DNA from: Candidatus Zixiibacteriota bacterium
GTDB lineage: Bacteria > RBG-13-66-14 > B26-G2 > WVWN01
Reading direction: 5' to 3'
NCBI GenBank assembly: GCA_050117845.1
Contig: JASFLY010000007.1
Coordinates: 32,001 to 96,000, forward strand
DNA length: 64,000 nucleotides
How positions within the stretch are numbered: position 1 is the stretch's first letter; every line of letters starts with the position of its first letter. This document shows, piece after piece, positions 1 through 9,563 of this stretch. The position numbers and the translations under genes were made by a program. Under the pieces are notes generated by a model. It had not been told where the DNA came from. It searched no databases and saw nothing but the letters and a program-made list of their open reading frames with translations.

Positions 1-529
1 GGCAGTAATACGCGTAGTTACCAGCGTAATTAGTATCCACGTCGTTGTAGGAGATATTAGCCGAGGGGTAGGAGGTCTGATAACAGGCCACTCCGTAGCG
101 CGAATTGCCGTAGATGATGTTGTTCTTAATCGTCGCGCTGGAGTCGATCCAGACCTTTATACCGTCCAGGCCTTTACATATCGTATTGCTGTCGATAACG
201 CCTGTAGCACCGTCCTGAATTGCTATCGCCGCGTCGTTGGCCGAGCCGTTAACGAAACAACAACCCGTGATGTGGACCTCGGTTCCCGCTTGGGAACAAT
301 ATATCTGGTTCCTTTCGAGGTCGATCAACGCGCCGTTGCCGCGAATACAGGATTTCTTGCCCTGGAGGACGCCCAAACCGCCGGTATAGACTATATTCGG
401 ATCCAGGACGAGGAGTTTATCGTAACCTTCGCCCGACCCGGCTTCGTCGTACGCCGATTGGAGGGTTTTTCCCCAGGCCAGAGGGACTGCCAGAAGCGCG
501 ATAGCCAACGTAACTACTATATACCGCAA
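1..529 (-). CDS. Secreted right-handed parallel beta-helix protein (partial, 3' end beyond window edge)
   Basis: Not in ORF track. Manual translation from TTG at 529, preceded by SD AAGGAGGTGA, gives MRYIVVTLAIALLAVPLAWGKTLQSAYDEA...IDSNTICKGLDGIKVWIDSSATIKNNIIYGNSRYGVACY...ISYNDV, open to base 1. Signal peptide plus Asn-ladder repeats. Confidence 0.75.
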   Translation of the reverse strand, partial: MRYIVVTLAIALLAVPLAWGKTLQSAYDEAGSGEGYDKLLVLDPNIVYTGGLGVLQGKKSCIRGNGALIDLERNQIYCSQAGTEVHITGCCFVNGSANDAAIAIQDGATGVIDSNTICKGLDGIKVWIDSSATIKNNIIYGNSRYGVACYQTSYPSANISYNDVDTNYAGNYAYYC

Positions 530-710
530 AATGCGTCACCTCCTTTCTCTAAACCGTTTTTTTGGGACATCGCCTTACAGCGACGCCCAAGGATATACAC
601 TCTTTCCAATAATAATTCTAACCCCATATACCCGAATATGCAAGCGAAAAAGGTTTTATATCTACCTCAATATCACGTATTATGTTTCCGAAACTTCGCG
701 CCGGCCTAGC

Positions 711-736
711 AAAAAACCGGCGTCCCCGCCGGTTTT
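711..736 (-). terminator. Intrinsic terminator
   Basis: AACCGGCG-GGGA-CGCCGGTT hairpin plus T-tract at the stop of 735..1454. Confidence 0.75.
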
Positions 737-1454
737 AATGTTCTTTTCCGCTATCGCCTCCGGCACCCCGGGAGCGGCCCTCGCCTTCGTCCCGATCTAA
801 AAGTCGGGACACCACCCCCTTAGCCGGGTCCGCAAAGGCGAGGCCAAAGGCTATCGCCGCGGCCAACATAACCGCTCCGAAAACGGTAATAAAAACCGCA
901 ATGAGAAACGCCGTCGTCAGGTACAACTTCTCGAGCGCCATTACGGCTCCGACGAAGAGCATACCGTAACGTACAGCCTTACCTATGAGGACCGCGTTTA
1001 TGCCGCTAATCTTGCTGGCCCATACGCGGGCGAGGCCCCCCAGAAAAGACCCGGCGACGTACGCCACGAATAGGATGGCCCCGGCCAGCAAGATGCGTGG
1101 GATATACAATATTAAGTAATCGAATATCCGGGTCATCAACGTAAACCCGAGGATTTCCGCGCAGAAATCCAAGAATAAAAGGACTACCCCCCACCATACG
1201 ACCCGTCGGACTATTTCGCCGACCGAATGTTTAATGTCTCCCTTCGCCAAAGCACCGAAGCCCAGGCGGCCGGCCCCCTTCTCGATGGGTAACGCCAGGA
1301 AAACGCGGCGCCCTAAACGGGAAAGCAGATACGCGGCGATCAACCCGACGATAAATACCGCCGCCGCGACCAACAGCACCGGGAGGTATCCGGCTATAGC
1401 CCGGACCGTCTCCAGGAATGGTTGAAATACCGTCTCGTCGAAAAACTCTTGCAT
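735..1454 (-). CDS. Conserved TM-helix repeat membrane protein (CmpX / MscS-associated TM helix family)
   Basis: Two repeats of 'YLPVLLVAAAVFIVGLIAA' / 'YIPRILLAGAILFVAYVAG' and C-terminal 'AAAIAFGLA'. Confidence 0.7.
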   Translation of the reverse strand: MQEFFDETVFQPFLETVRAIAGYLPVLLVAAAVFIVGLIAAYLLSRLGRRVFLALPIEKGAGRLGFGALAKGDIKHSVGEIVRRVVWWGVVLLFLDFCAEILGFTLMTRIFDYLILYIPRILLAGAILFVAYVAGSFLGGLARVWASKISGINAVLIGKAVRYGMLFVGAVMALEKLYLTTAFLIAVFITVFGAVMLAAAIAFGLAFADPAKGVVSRLLDRDEGEGRSRGAGGDSGKEH

Positions 1455-1456
1455 GA

Positions 1457-3700
1457 TTAGTCTTTAGGCGCCGCGCCTAAAAGCAGCTCTTCCAGCTTGC
1501 CCCTTCGTACCGGCATGAATTTCTTGATTATTACTACCGTATTCTCGACACGCTCGTAGATTTCCTCCGGTATCGACTTGAAAAGCAATTGCTCCCAGGC
1601 GCCGCCCTTTCGCGCACCGGTGACGACCAGATCGCCCGGCATTATTTCCGACATCACGGCTTCGGTGACGTCCTCGGCGTACACGACCTCCCGCTCTAAA
1701 CCCCGGCGGCACTCGACATCGCATACGACCTCGTCCAGGACGTTGCGGGCGGCGTAGCGCGGAAGGCCGAACTCATCGGCCGCGCCCGATACGGTTATCA
1801 CCTTTAACTTCGCGTCGAACCGGTCGGCGAACGCCGGCGATAATTCCGCCGCGAGCCGCGAATTTGCGCTGCCCGATACCGCCACCAAGATGCGATCGAT
1901 GTCCGCCAGTTCAATCGCCCCCGGCCGTACTACCGCCACGTCGCACGGGGCGTGGTCAATAACCGCGTCTATGACGGTTGCGAGGAGCCGGTCTCCCAGC
2001 GTTGGCCGGTTCACGCGCCCCATTACAATGAAATTGCATTGCTCTTCGCGCGCCGTCTCCAATATACCGTGGGAAAGGCGGTGCGCGATTTTAATCATCC
2101 GCTTAACGTCGGTAACACCTTCGCGTTCGCAAATTTTCTCGGCCAACGTTAACAGGGGCCTGTAATCCCCAGCGCGGCCCACGCCCCGCTCGAGCGATAC
2201 GTAGTACGGGACCTCCACCACCGAAAGCAGCAGGATCTCGCCGTCGAACTTCTTGGCGATGGCCGCGGCCACCGTAACCAGCGACTTCATCGTCTCCGGG
2301 TTGGCGATGGGCACGAGAATCTTGTATTCCTTGCGGGCCTGTTTGGCCATCAGGTACTTGATAACCCGTTCGCGCTCTAGCGTCCGCTTCGCGCCCTTCG
2401 CGTACGCGATGTACACCAACCCGCCGACCCCCAAGAACCCGACCCCTAGGAGGTAAGTAGTCCAATCCATGAAAAGCATCATCAGGAGGTTGGAGATTAT
2501 GCCGAGAACCGGGATAACGGGACCGAACGGCAACCGGAACGGCCTTTTGAGTTCCGGCCGGCGACGGCGGAGCATTATTACGGAAATGTTAACGACGATG
2601 AGCGCGAAGAGAAGGCAGAAGTTGGTAAGGTGCGCGACGGCCTTCACCTCGCCCATTACCGCCACAATACCGGCCAGGCCGGCGGTCGCTACGATCGCCC
2701 AATGGGGAGTGCGGAAGCGGGCGTTGACCCGGGACAGAAACCCGGGCATGAACCCGTCGCGGGCTATGGCGTACGTTACCCGGGAGGTAGTAAGGATAGC
2801 CGCGTTAAGGGCCGAAATCGTAGATAGCACTCCCGCGACTAAAACGAAGAACAGGCCGTATCCGCCCAACACCTTCGAGGCGATAATCGCCAACGGCGCC
2901 GGAGCGGTGCCGAGAACCTCGTAATCTATTATCCCGACCGAGACCATAACGACCAGGACGTAAATCACCGTCGGGATAATAAGAGCCAGGAGGATGGCCC
3001 GGGGTACATTCTTCTCCGGGCTTTTAACTTCTTCCGCCGCGTCCGAGATTTGTTCAAACCCGAAAAACGAGATGTAAATCAACGACGTGGCCGCTAGGAT
3101 ACCCATCGTCCCGAACGGAGCGAAGACCTCGAACCGGTCCCACTCCACGTAACGGAAGCACAAAACGACGAAAACGCCCAGTATCACGACTTTCCCGATG
3201 GTGAACAGGTTTTGCGTATGGCCGGCCTCTTTCGTCCCCTTAACGTTCAACAGCGCTAATAAAACGACGATAGCGGCCGCGGCCACGGCCCGGTTCAATT
3301 CGTACGGCAGGGCCAACTCCACCAGCGGATTGAAGTGTTCCGCGAAGCCGATGGCGTACAGCGCCGCGGAGACGACGAGGCCGAAGACCATGGACCAACC
3401 GGTAATGAAGGCCGTGAAGCCGCCGATGGCCTCGTGGACGAAGGTGTAACCGCCGCCCGCGATAGGTATGGCGGCGGCGAGCTCGCAGTACGAAAGAGCC
3501 GTAAACAGCGTCATGAAACCGACAAGGAGATACGACACCGTGGCCCCCGGGCCGGCGGTGCCGGCCGCGAGGCCTGACAGGATGAAGATCCCGGCGCCGA
3601 TCATGGCCCCGACGCCGAGCATGGTCGCGGATAGGAGGCCCAACGACCGCGTCAGTTTGATTTCGTGCTCTTCGCCCGGTTGTGGTAAATGTTCCGCCAT
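1457..3700 (-). CDS. APC-family amino acid permease fused to two C-terminal universal stress protein (USP) domains
   Basis: 'GAMIGAGIF', 'FFGFEQISDAAEEVKSPEKNVPRA', 'RPFRLP'; USP starts 'KILVPIAN' and 'RILVAVSGS', with 'HAPCDVAVV'. Confidence 0.9.
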   Translation of the reverse strand: MAEHLPQPGEEHEIKLTRSLGLLSATMLGVGAMIGAGIFILSGLAAGTAGPGATVSYLLVGFMTLFTALSYCELAAAIPIAGGGYTFVHEAIGGFTAFITGWSMVFGLVVSAALYAIGFAEHFNPLVELALPYELNRAVAAAAIVVLLALLNVKGTKEAGHTQNLFTIGKVVILGVFVVLCFRYVEWDRFEVFAPFGTMGILAATSLIYISFFGFEQISDAAEEVKSPEKNVPRAILLALIIPTVIYVLVVMVSVGIIDYEVLGTAPAPLAIIASKVLGGYGLFFVLVAGVLSTISALNAAILTTSRVTYAIARDGFMPGFLSRVNARFRTPHWAIVATAGLAGIVAVMGEVKAVAHLTNFCLLFALIVVNISVIMLRRRRPELKRPFRLPFGPVIPVLGIISNLLMMLFMDWTTYLLGVGFLGVGGLVYIAYAKGAKRTLERERVIKYLMAKQARKEYKILVPIANPETMKSLVTVAAAIAKKFDGEILLLSVVEVPYYVSLERGVGRAGDYRPLLTLAEKICEREGVTDVKRMIKIAHRLSHGILETAREEQCNFIVMGRVNRPTLGDRLLATVIDAVIDHAPCDVAVVRPGAIELADIDRILVAVSGSANSRLAAELSPAFADRFDAKLKVITVSGAADEFGLPRYAARNVLDEVVCDVECRRGLEREVVYAEDVTEAVMSEIMPGDLVVTGARKGGAWEQLLFKSIPEEIYERVENTVVIIKKFMPVRRGKLEELLLGAAPKD

Positions 3701-3810
3701 ATAGATTGTCGTCCTGAGTATTTCCGGGAATTATACAAAACGGGGCGCGAAAAACAAGGGAAATCGGATAAACCTTACCGGGGGCGGTTCCGTAATTTGG
3801 TGAAAGGGCG

Positions 3811-5043
3811 CTATTTATCCGTCCGCTCGACGTGAACGTAAAACTCCGGTTCGCGGGGCGTACCGCCGATGTGAAGCTCGGCCACGCCCACGCCGGCGTA
3901 TCCCAGCCGGACCTCTCCCGCGAACATATTCACGAGATTTTGCAACGTCATATTCTCGGAACGGAACGTAACGTCGACGAAAAAGTCCGTCGTCCGCCCG
4001 CCGAAGCGCCACCTCGCCTCGGCCGCCCGGCAGGAGCCCTCGTCAATACTCAGATCCGCGTTGTGCAGCGTGAACCCGAAATCGACGTCGTCGAGCATGA
4101 TGCGGACGCTGTCCGGCGCGATCACGAGACGGCCGTCTTTCAGTCGGCCCGTCGCCCGGTGATCCAGCTTGCCGCCCCGCCAAGATAACGTCCCATCGAG
4201 CGTAAGGACCCCCTCCGCCTCCAATAGGTAATCCGGTTTCCTCGCGAGCGGCAGGACGTGGATGGCCTCTACGGCCTCCACCTTATAATCGGCCTTACCG
4301 ACTTTGGTAACGAAAGAGTGTTCGGCGGCAATCTCGAACGAACGCTCGCGCGTCGTCTTTCCCCGCAGCGTTACGTCGAGCGCCTGGTCGGAAACGTCCC
4401 CCCCGAAATACACCTCGCGGAGGATAACCGTGTCGGTTTTCTCCCGCCGCAATACGACCTTGCCCCGGTCGGCCCGGAACGTGAAGTCGAACTCTTCCGG
4501 CGTCGAGCGGCGCGCCCCGGGCTCGGGAGCCGCGGCGTTTCCGTCGTCGCCACCCCCGGCTCGTTCGGGCCGCGGCGCGGCGAGGGCGTTAACCGCTCCC
4601 TCCGCTCCGCCCGTCGGAGGGACAATACCCGGGAGTTTAAACAAATCCTCGGCCGACGCCCCCTCCAGGCCGGGGAGAGGCGGCCGCGGGACGCGGGGCG
4701 GATACACGTAAATAGTATACTCGTCCGTCGTTACTTCCTCCAGCAAACGGCCGTCGAAACGCAGGAGTAGGACCGCAGAAGGCCGGAGTTTAACCTTAAC
4801 CTTTTCCGCCTTGCCGCTAAACATCCACCCGGGTCGCCGTACGAACTCGACGTCGCGGACCTCTACCCCCATCGGGAATACGTAGCGTACGGTCCCGACG
4901 GTAATGTATTCGCCGAAGCGTTCCGTTATGGCCCGGCCTACCCGCCCCGGCAGCCAGAAGTTCATTACGCCGTAACCGGCCAGCGCCGCGACGGCGACGA
5001 CGAGCAGTACGCCGATGGCTATTGCCGTTCTCTTGGTACTCAC
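3811..5043 (-). CDS. Membrane-anchored AsmA/TamB-like beta-rich protein
   Basis: N-terminal TM anchor, beta-strand-rich body, C-terminal 'LHIGGTPREPEF' resembling AsmA-family ends; 4-nt overlap with uvrC stop. Confidence 0.45.
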   Translation of the reverse strand: MSTKRTAIAIGVLLVVAVAALAGYGVMNFWLPGRVGRAITERFGEYITVGTVRYVFPMGVEVRDVEFVRRPGWMFSGKAEKVKVKLRPSAVLLLRFDGRLLEEVTTDEYTIYVYPPRVPRPPLPGLEGASAEDLFKLPGIVPPTGGAEGAVNALAAPRPERAGGGDDGNAAAPEPGARRSTPEEFDFTFRADRGKVVLRREKTDTVILREVYFGGDVSDQALDVTLRGKTTRERSFEIAAEHSFVTKVGKADYKVEAVEAIHVLPLARKPDYLLEAEGVLTLDGTLSWRGGKLDHRATGRLKDGRLVIAPDSVRIMLDDVDFGFTLHNADLSIDEGSCRAAEARWRFGGRTTDFFVDVTFRSENMTLQNLVNMFAGEVRLGYAGVGVAELHIGGTPREPEFYVHVERTDK

Positions 5044-6848
5044 GCGTTTCCTCCCCTCGCGCCGTGAAGGTAATCGTACAGGGCCCGGGCGGCGCTTTCG
5101 TTCATCTTCGGGGCCCGGCGCAACTCGTCGGCGGACGCCCCGGTTATGCGTTCCAACGAACCGAAGTGTTTCAAAAGGGCCTTCTTGCGTGCCGGCCCTA
5201 TGCCCGCCACCTCGTCCAAAATCGACTTCGACGCCGCGCGATCCCGGACGCGGCGGTGGTACTCGACGGCGAAACGGTGCGCCTCGTCCCGCACCCGGGC
5301 CAGGAACAGCGTCGCGGCCTCGCTCAACACCGCCGGCTCCTTATCGCCCGCCGAGAACAGGCGATCGGGGTCCTTGGCGAAGGCCGCGGCCACGTACTCG
5401 CCCGCCCCCGCCTCCTCCATCGCCCGGCGGGCGGCCCCCAGTTGATTCAGACCCCCGTCCACCAGGAAGAGGTCCGGCGCCGGCCCCTCGCCCCGACGCA
5501 CCCGGGTGAAGCGCCGCCGCGTTATCTCGGCCATGGCCGCCAGATCGTCCTGGCCCGCTACGCTTTTAATTCGGTAACGCCGGTAAGCATTCTTGTCCGG
5601 GACGCCGCCGTCGAACACCACCAAACTCCCCACTACCGACCTGGGGCCGGTGTTCGAAACGTCTATCATCTCGACACGGCGCAGCTTGCCGCGCTTCCCG
5701 ACGGCATCCGCTATCTCCTCGAACAGCGCCGAGAGTTCGCCCCGGCGCGCCCGCGAGAGTTCCGACGACTCCCGGAAGTACGCCAGGTTTTTTTTGGCCA
5801 CCGATACGAGGTGGGCGTACTCCCCCCATCGCGGCACGACGACAGCGACGGGGCCGTTCCGCAACTCCTCCAGCGAGGCCGCAAGCGAAGCCCGTCCCGG
5901 AAAACTCCCGGCGACGGCGATCTTCGGCGGCACTTCCGCCCCGGCGCCGTAATGGCCGAGTACGAATTCTTCGAGCGGGTGGCCGGCGGGCGCTTCGGCC
6001 TTCACCGCCACCCGGTCCACGAGGCGCCCCTCGCGGACGCGCAACACCACCGCGTAAAGGGCATCCCCGGCCACCTCGCACGCGACCGCGTCGGCGTTCG
6101 TATTGCGGTTCGCGACGGCGTACTGGTCAGCGACGGCGCGGCCCAGGCCCCGAATTACGTCCCGCCACGTCGCCGCCTCCTCGAACTCTTGCGAGGCCGC
6201 GGCCTCCGCCATCCGCTTCTCGAGTTCCCGCATCACGCCCGCCCGGCGGCCGGTAATGAACTTGACGGCTTTCTCTATCAGCGTCGCGTAATCCCCCTGG
6301 AGAACGACGCCGGCGCACGGCCCCCGGCAAATACCCATTTCGTAATCTACGCAGGGGCGGGCGGGCGCGGCGACGTCGAGATCGTGCTTGCACGTCCGCA
6401 GGCCGAAAGCACGGTTCGTTAGCGCAACGGTCTTTCGGATGGCCTTACCGTCGGTGAAGGGGCCGATATACCGGCCGGTCCGCTTATCGTGCGCCTCCCG
6501 GGTTATAAATATGCGAGGAAATTTCTCCCGGGTTATTTTGATATAGGGGAAACCGTGAACGTCGACGTTGTATTTGGGCCGGTGTTTACCGATTAGGCTC
6601 ATTTCGAGTATGAGCGCCTCGGTTTCGTTGGCCGTAAGGACGAGCTCGAGTGAGGTCGCCTGGTCCAACATAGCCGCGACCTTGGGGTCGCCGGGCCGCT
6701 TTCCGGCCAGGTACTGCCGCAACCGCTTCTGGAGCGATTTGGCCTTGCCGACGTATATCGGCACGCCCCCCGCCTTGAAGATATAACAACCGGCCTCATC
6801 CGGGACTTCGGCGAGTCGGCTTCCGATATCTTCTATCGTATATTCCAT
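5040..6848 (-). CDS. uvrC: Excinuclease ABC subunit C
   Basis: GIY-YIG 'GCYIFK...IYVGKAKSL', 'PKYN', four-Cys cluster, UVR domain 'FEEAATWRD', RNase H-like 'DVS...LVDGG..Q', 'RDEAHRFA', HhH 'GIGPARKKALLKHFGS'. Confidence 0.96.
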   Translation of the reverse strand: MEYTIEDIGSRLAEVPDEAGCYIFKAGGVPIYVGKAKSLQKRLRQYLAGKRPGDPKVAAMLDQATSLELVLTANETEALILEMSLIGKHRPKYNVDVHGFPYIKITREKFPRIFITREAHDKRTGRYIGPFTDGKAIRKTVALTNRAFGLRTCKHDLDVAAPARPCVDYEMGICRGPCAGVVLQGDYATLIEKAVKFITGRRAGVMRELEKRMAEAAASQEFEEAATWRDVIRGLGRAVADQYAVANRNTNADAVACEVAGDALYAVVLRVREGRLVDRVAVKAEAPAGHPLEEFVLGHYGAGAEVPPKIAVAGSFPGRASLAASLEELRNGPVAVVVPRWGEYAHLVSVAKKNLAYFRESSELSRARRGELSALFEEIADAVGKRGKLRRVEMIDVSNTGPRSVVGSLVVFDGGVPDKNAYRRYRIKSVAGQDDLAAMAEITRRRFTRVRRGEGPAPDLFLVDGGLNQLGAARRAMEEAGAGEYVAAAFAKDPDRLFSAGDKEPAVLSEAATLFLARVRDEAHRFAVEYHRRVRDRAASKSILDEVAGIGPARKKALLKHFGSLERITGASADELRRAPKMNESAARALYDYLHGARGGNA

Positions 6849-6857
6849 AAATTCGGG

Positions 6858-7727
6858 TCACCGGCCGGACGGCGCGTACGTCTCCAATTCCGCGGAACCC
6901 AGGAATTCGCTAACCGCGAGGGTCCGGAAATCGCGAAACAACCGTCGCAACTTGGAATGCATCCCCCGCCGGCCCGTGCCTTGCGATAACCGCGTTCGCA
7001 GAGGCATATGGTCCCGGTAGGCCGCTATCTCCTCGGCGTCCAGTTCGTAGGGATGGCAGTAGTAAACGCCGGGCCTGCCCGCCCGCGCCCGTCGTTTCAA
7101 TACGGCTCGCAGTACGCTATACGGCGTTACCCGGGTGTAACCGCCCCCGACGGCGGGTATCTTCACGCCGGGAGATTGCAACGTTGGGAGCGGGAGTTCG
7201 ACCAAACTCCTCCCGCCCGGCAGGAGGACCTCCCGAGCTTCGGGCGGCCACCACGGGATACCGTACCTCCTCCCGCGTATGGGAAAAATGCTGGAGTCGG
7301 CGACGAATCCCTCTTCCGCCAACGCGTCGAGCGCCCAAAGCGACGCCGCGTCGATGCTGAAGTCAGGCGCCCGGTAGTAGACCGGTCGGGCGCCGGTTAT
7401 ATCGGCCAACGTTCCCCCCACGCGCCGCAGGTCCTCCCGGAAACGTTCCGGGTCCAACGCATTGACCGCCGCGTGTTCGTACCCGTGGGCCGCCACGTCG
7501 TGGCCGGCGGCGGCGACCGCTCGCACGGCTTCCGGGTATTTACCCGCCGCCGCGCCCAGGATGAAGAATGTCCCTTTCCCGCCGGCGTCTTCCAGTAACT
7601 CCAGGATACTATACAACCCGGCGAGGAAGCGGCCGGTTATAGGCCACGTCGACCCGAGCGTCGAGTTACCCCAATCCTCGACGTCTACCGTAAAAATAAA
7701 CGCCTGTTTCAAGTCCGCGTTAGTCAA
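6858..7727 (-). CDS. Polysaccharide deacetylase (DUF3473 / PEP-CTERM-locus-like subfamily)
   Basis: 'FTVDVEDW', 'GTFFILG', 'HGYEH', 'YRAPDFSI', 'GGGYTR', 'YCHPYELD'. Confidence 0.88.
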   Translation of the reverse strand: MTNADLKQAFIFTVDVEDWGNSTLGSTWPITGRFLAGLYSILELLEDAGGKGTFFILGAAAGKYPEAVRAVAAAGHDVAAHGYEHAAVNALDPERFREDLRRVGGTLADITGARPVYYRAPDFSIDAASLWALDALAEEGFVADSSIFPIRGRRYGIPWWPPEAREVLLPGGRSLVELPLPTLQSPGVKIPAVGGGYTRVTPYSVLRAVLKRRARAGRPGVYYCHPYELDAEEIAAYRDHMPLRTRLSQGTGRRGMHSKLRRLFRDFRTLAVSEFLGSAELETYAPSGR

Positions 7728-8391
7728 AATACAGCACGACCACGTAGTCCATTCCGGCCCCGGGGATCTTTATTACGTCGAAGCTGCGGGCGCCGCAACC
7801 GCCGGCGAGTTCCTCCACGCGCCGATGGCCGTATAAATAAAGCGGGCAGCGTTTCCACCAGTACCTTACCTTACGGATAGGCGAACGCCACCACGATAGA
7901 CTCGGGAAAGACACCGCCGCCCGAAAAGACGTCGCGGCGGCTACCCGGGCCATAAAGGCTTCCGCGTCCTCTACGTAATCCAGTACGCCCATCACTATCG
8001 TAACGTCGTAGCGCTCCGGGGGCGGCCACGTCGCGAAATCGGCTCGCACGAGTTCCACGCGTTCCGACGCCCCCATCTCGACCGCCCGTCCCCGGGCCAG
8101 TTCCAACATATTGTCGGACACGTCGACGCCCACGACGCGCCGGGCGCCCCTCTCCAGCGCCTCGACGATATAAGGGCCGGAGCCGCAGCCCACGTCCAGC
8201 ACGCTTTTGCCCGCCAAATCGCCGAAGGCGTCGAACGTTATACGAAAACGCTCCGCGATATCGGACCGGAAATTCCGGTCCAGCCAGCGCATTACGGCGT
8301 TGCGGCGGCCGCCGTACAAGGTGTCGAAGGTTACGCCCTTGCCCTCGAAATAACTCCGTACGTCGTCGGATTCGTTATTATTAGCCATCAT
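7720..8391 (-). CDS. Class I SAM-dependent methyltransferase
   Basis: 'VLDVGCGSG', 'VVGVDVSDNML'. Confidence 0.9.
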   Translation of the reverse strand: MMANNNESDDVRSYFEGKGVTFDTLYGGRRNAVMRWLDRNFRSDIAERFRITFDAFGDLAGKSVLDVGCGSGPYIVEALERGARRVVGVDVSDNMLELARGRAVEMGASERVELVRADFATWPPPERYDVTIVMGVLDYVEDAEAFMARVAAATSFRAAVSFPSLSWWRSPIRKVRYWWKRCPLYLYGHRRVEELAGGCGARSFDVIKIPGAGMDYVVVLYFD

Positions 8392-8395
8392 ATCT

Positions 8396-9472
8396 TTACC
8401 GCGTCAGACCCGAATACTTTTTAATGCGTTTCAGTTCGGGGGGATCGAGGCCCCGGATAACGCTATACCAAATACCCGACGCGATACCGGCGGCGTACTG
8501 GAAATGGAGTACCGGGAAGACACCGAGGGCCCGGAAAAACGACGCCGGGCCGGCCTTCCGCGCTACCGCCGCCGAGGCCGCGACGTCCGCCGCTACGTAC
8601 GCCGCCGCCAGGACGCCCCCCACAAGCCACGCGCCCCGCCAGAAAAAACCGGCCGCCGCGGCCGCTGCCACGGCGCCGAAGAACGCCGGCGGCGCCAGCG
8701 GCTTCCAGTCGAGGAAACGGCCGTGCTTCTTCGCCACCGCCACCTTCCAGAAAGCGTACTGGTGATACTGCCTCAGTAATTTCCTAACGGAACCCCGGAC
8801 GTAATACCTGGCCCGCATCTTCTGACTTTGGTATATCACGCCGCCCGCTCGCCGTACGCGATAGTGAAAATCGTCGTCCTGGTTGCGGACCAAACTCTCG
8901 TCGAACTCCCCCACCCGGTCGAAAAGCGCCCGGGGCCATATGGGGTACAGCACCGCGTCCACCGGCCCCTCGACCCGGCCTACCCGTACGCGGGTGTTGC
9001 CGGTTGAGAATATATTGCTGTTAATCGCGGCGACGAGGCGGGCGGCCTCGTCAACGGCCACCCGGTCCACCGGCCCCCCGACCGCCCAGACGTCGGGCCG
9101 TTCCCCCAGTATCGCCATTCCGGTCCTTATGTAGTCCGGCGGTATTTCGGCGTGGGCGTCCACCCGCAAGACGTAATCGCCGCGCGCCGCCGTCACGCCT
9201 ATCTTCATCGCCGCGCCGGCGAAACGGCCGGGATTATCGAGGAGTTTGACCCGGCCGTCTCCTTCAGCGAGGCGTCCAATTATCTCCCGCGTACCGTCGT
9301 CGCTCTCGCCGTCGATCACAAGTACTTCCATCCGGCCCGCAGGCCAATCGTTGGCCAGGATGGACCCGAGAGCGCCCTCGATAAACGCCTCCTCGTTCCG
9401 GCAAGGAACGACGACGGAAACGAACGGATACTCTGTACCTGGAGGGTCGTTACTTCCCAGCCGCGTCGCCAC
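8396..9472 (-). CDS. Glycosyltransferase family 2 (ExoA-like) with C-terminal TM segments
   Basis: 'VSVVVPCRNEE', 'VIDGESDDGT', 'RVDAH', 'RNQDDDFHYR'. Confidence 0.9.
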   Translation of the reverse strand: MATRLGSNDPPGTEYPFVSVVVPCRNEEAFIEGALGSILANDWPAGRMEVLVIDGESDDGTREIIGRLAEGDGRVKLLDNPGRFAGAAMKIGVTAARGDYVLRVDAHAEIPPDYIRTGMAILGERPDVWAVGGPVDRVAVDEAARLVAAINSNIFSTGNTRVRVGRVEGPVDAVLYPIWPRALFDRVGEFDESLVRNQDDDFHYRVRRAGGVIYQSQKMRARYYVRGSVRKLLRQYHQYAFWKVAVAKKHGRFLDWKPLAPPAFFGAVAAAAAAGFFWRGAWLVGGVLAAAYVAADVAASAAVARKAGPASFFRALGVFPVLHFQYAAGIASGIWYSVIRGLDPPELKRIKKYSGLTR

Positions 9473-9478
9473 GTTTAA

Positions 9479-9507
9479 ATAATAGCAAAAACGCCCGGCC
9501 GTCGAAA
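9479..9507 (-). promoter_or_regulatory. Sigma70-type promoter giving a probable leaderless GT2 transcript
   Basis: TTTCGA-N17-TATTAT with TGn extension; GTG start 6 nt after the -10 box; no SD. Confidence 0.55.
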
Positions 9508-9512
9508 GCGCG

Positions 9513-9537
9513 AAAAAGCCCGGCTTGCGCCGGGCTT
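9513..9537 (-). terminator. Intrinsic terminator after transketolase genes
   Basis: AAGCCCGGC-GCAA-GCCGGGCTT hairpin plus T-tract. Confidence 0.75.
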
Positions 9538-9563
9538 GGTTTTATTCGCTTCGTTCAGAGGCG

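Noticed and set aside
272..800. Plus-strand ORFs 272..709 and 531..800
   Set aside because: They are antisense to a better minus-strand gene (1..529) and cross its promoter and a terminator; no recognisable motifs.
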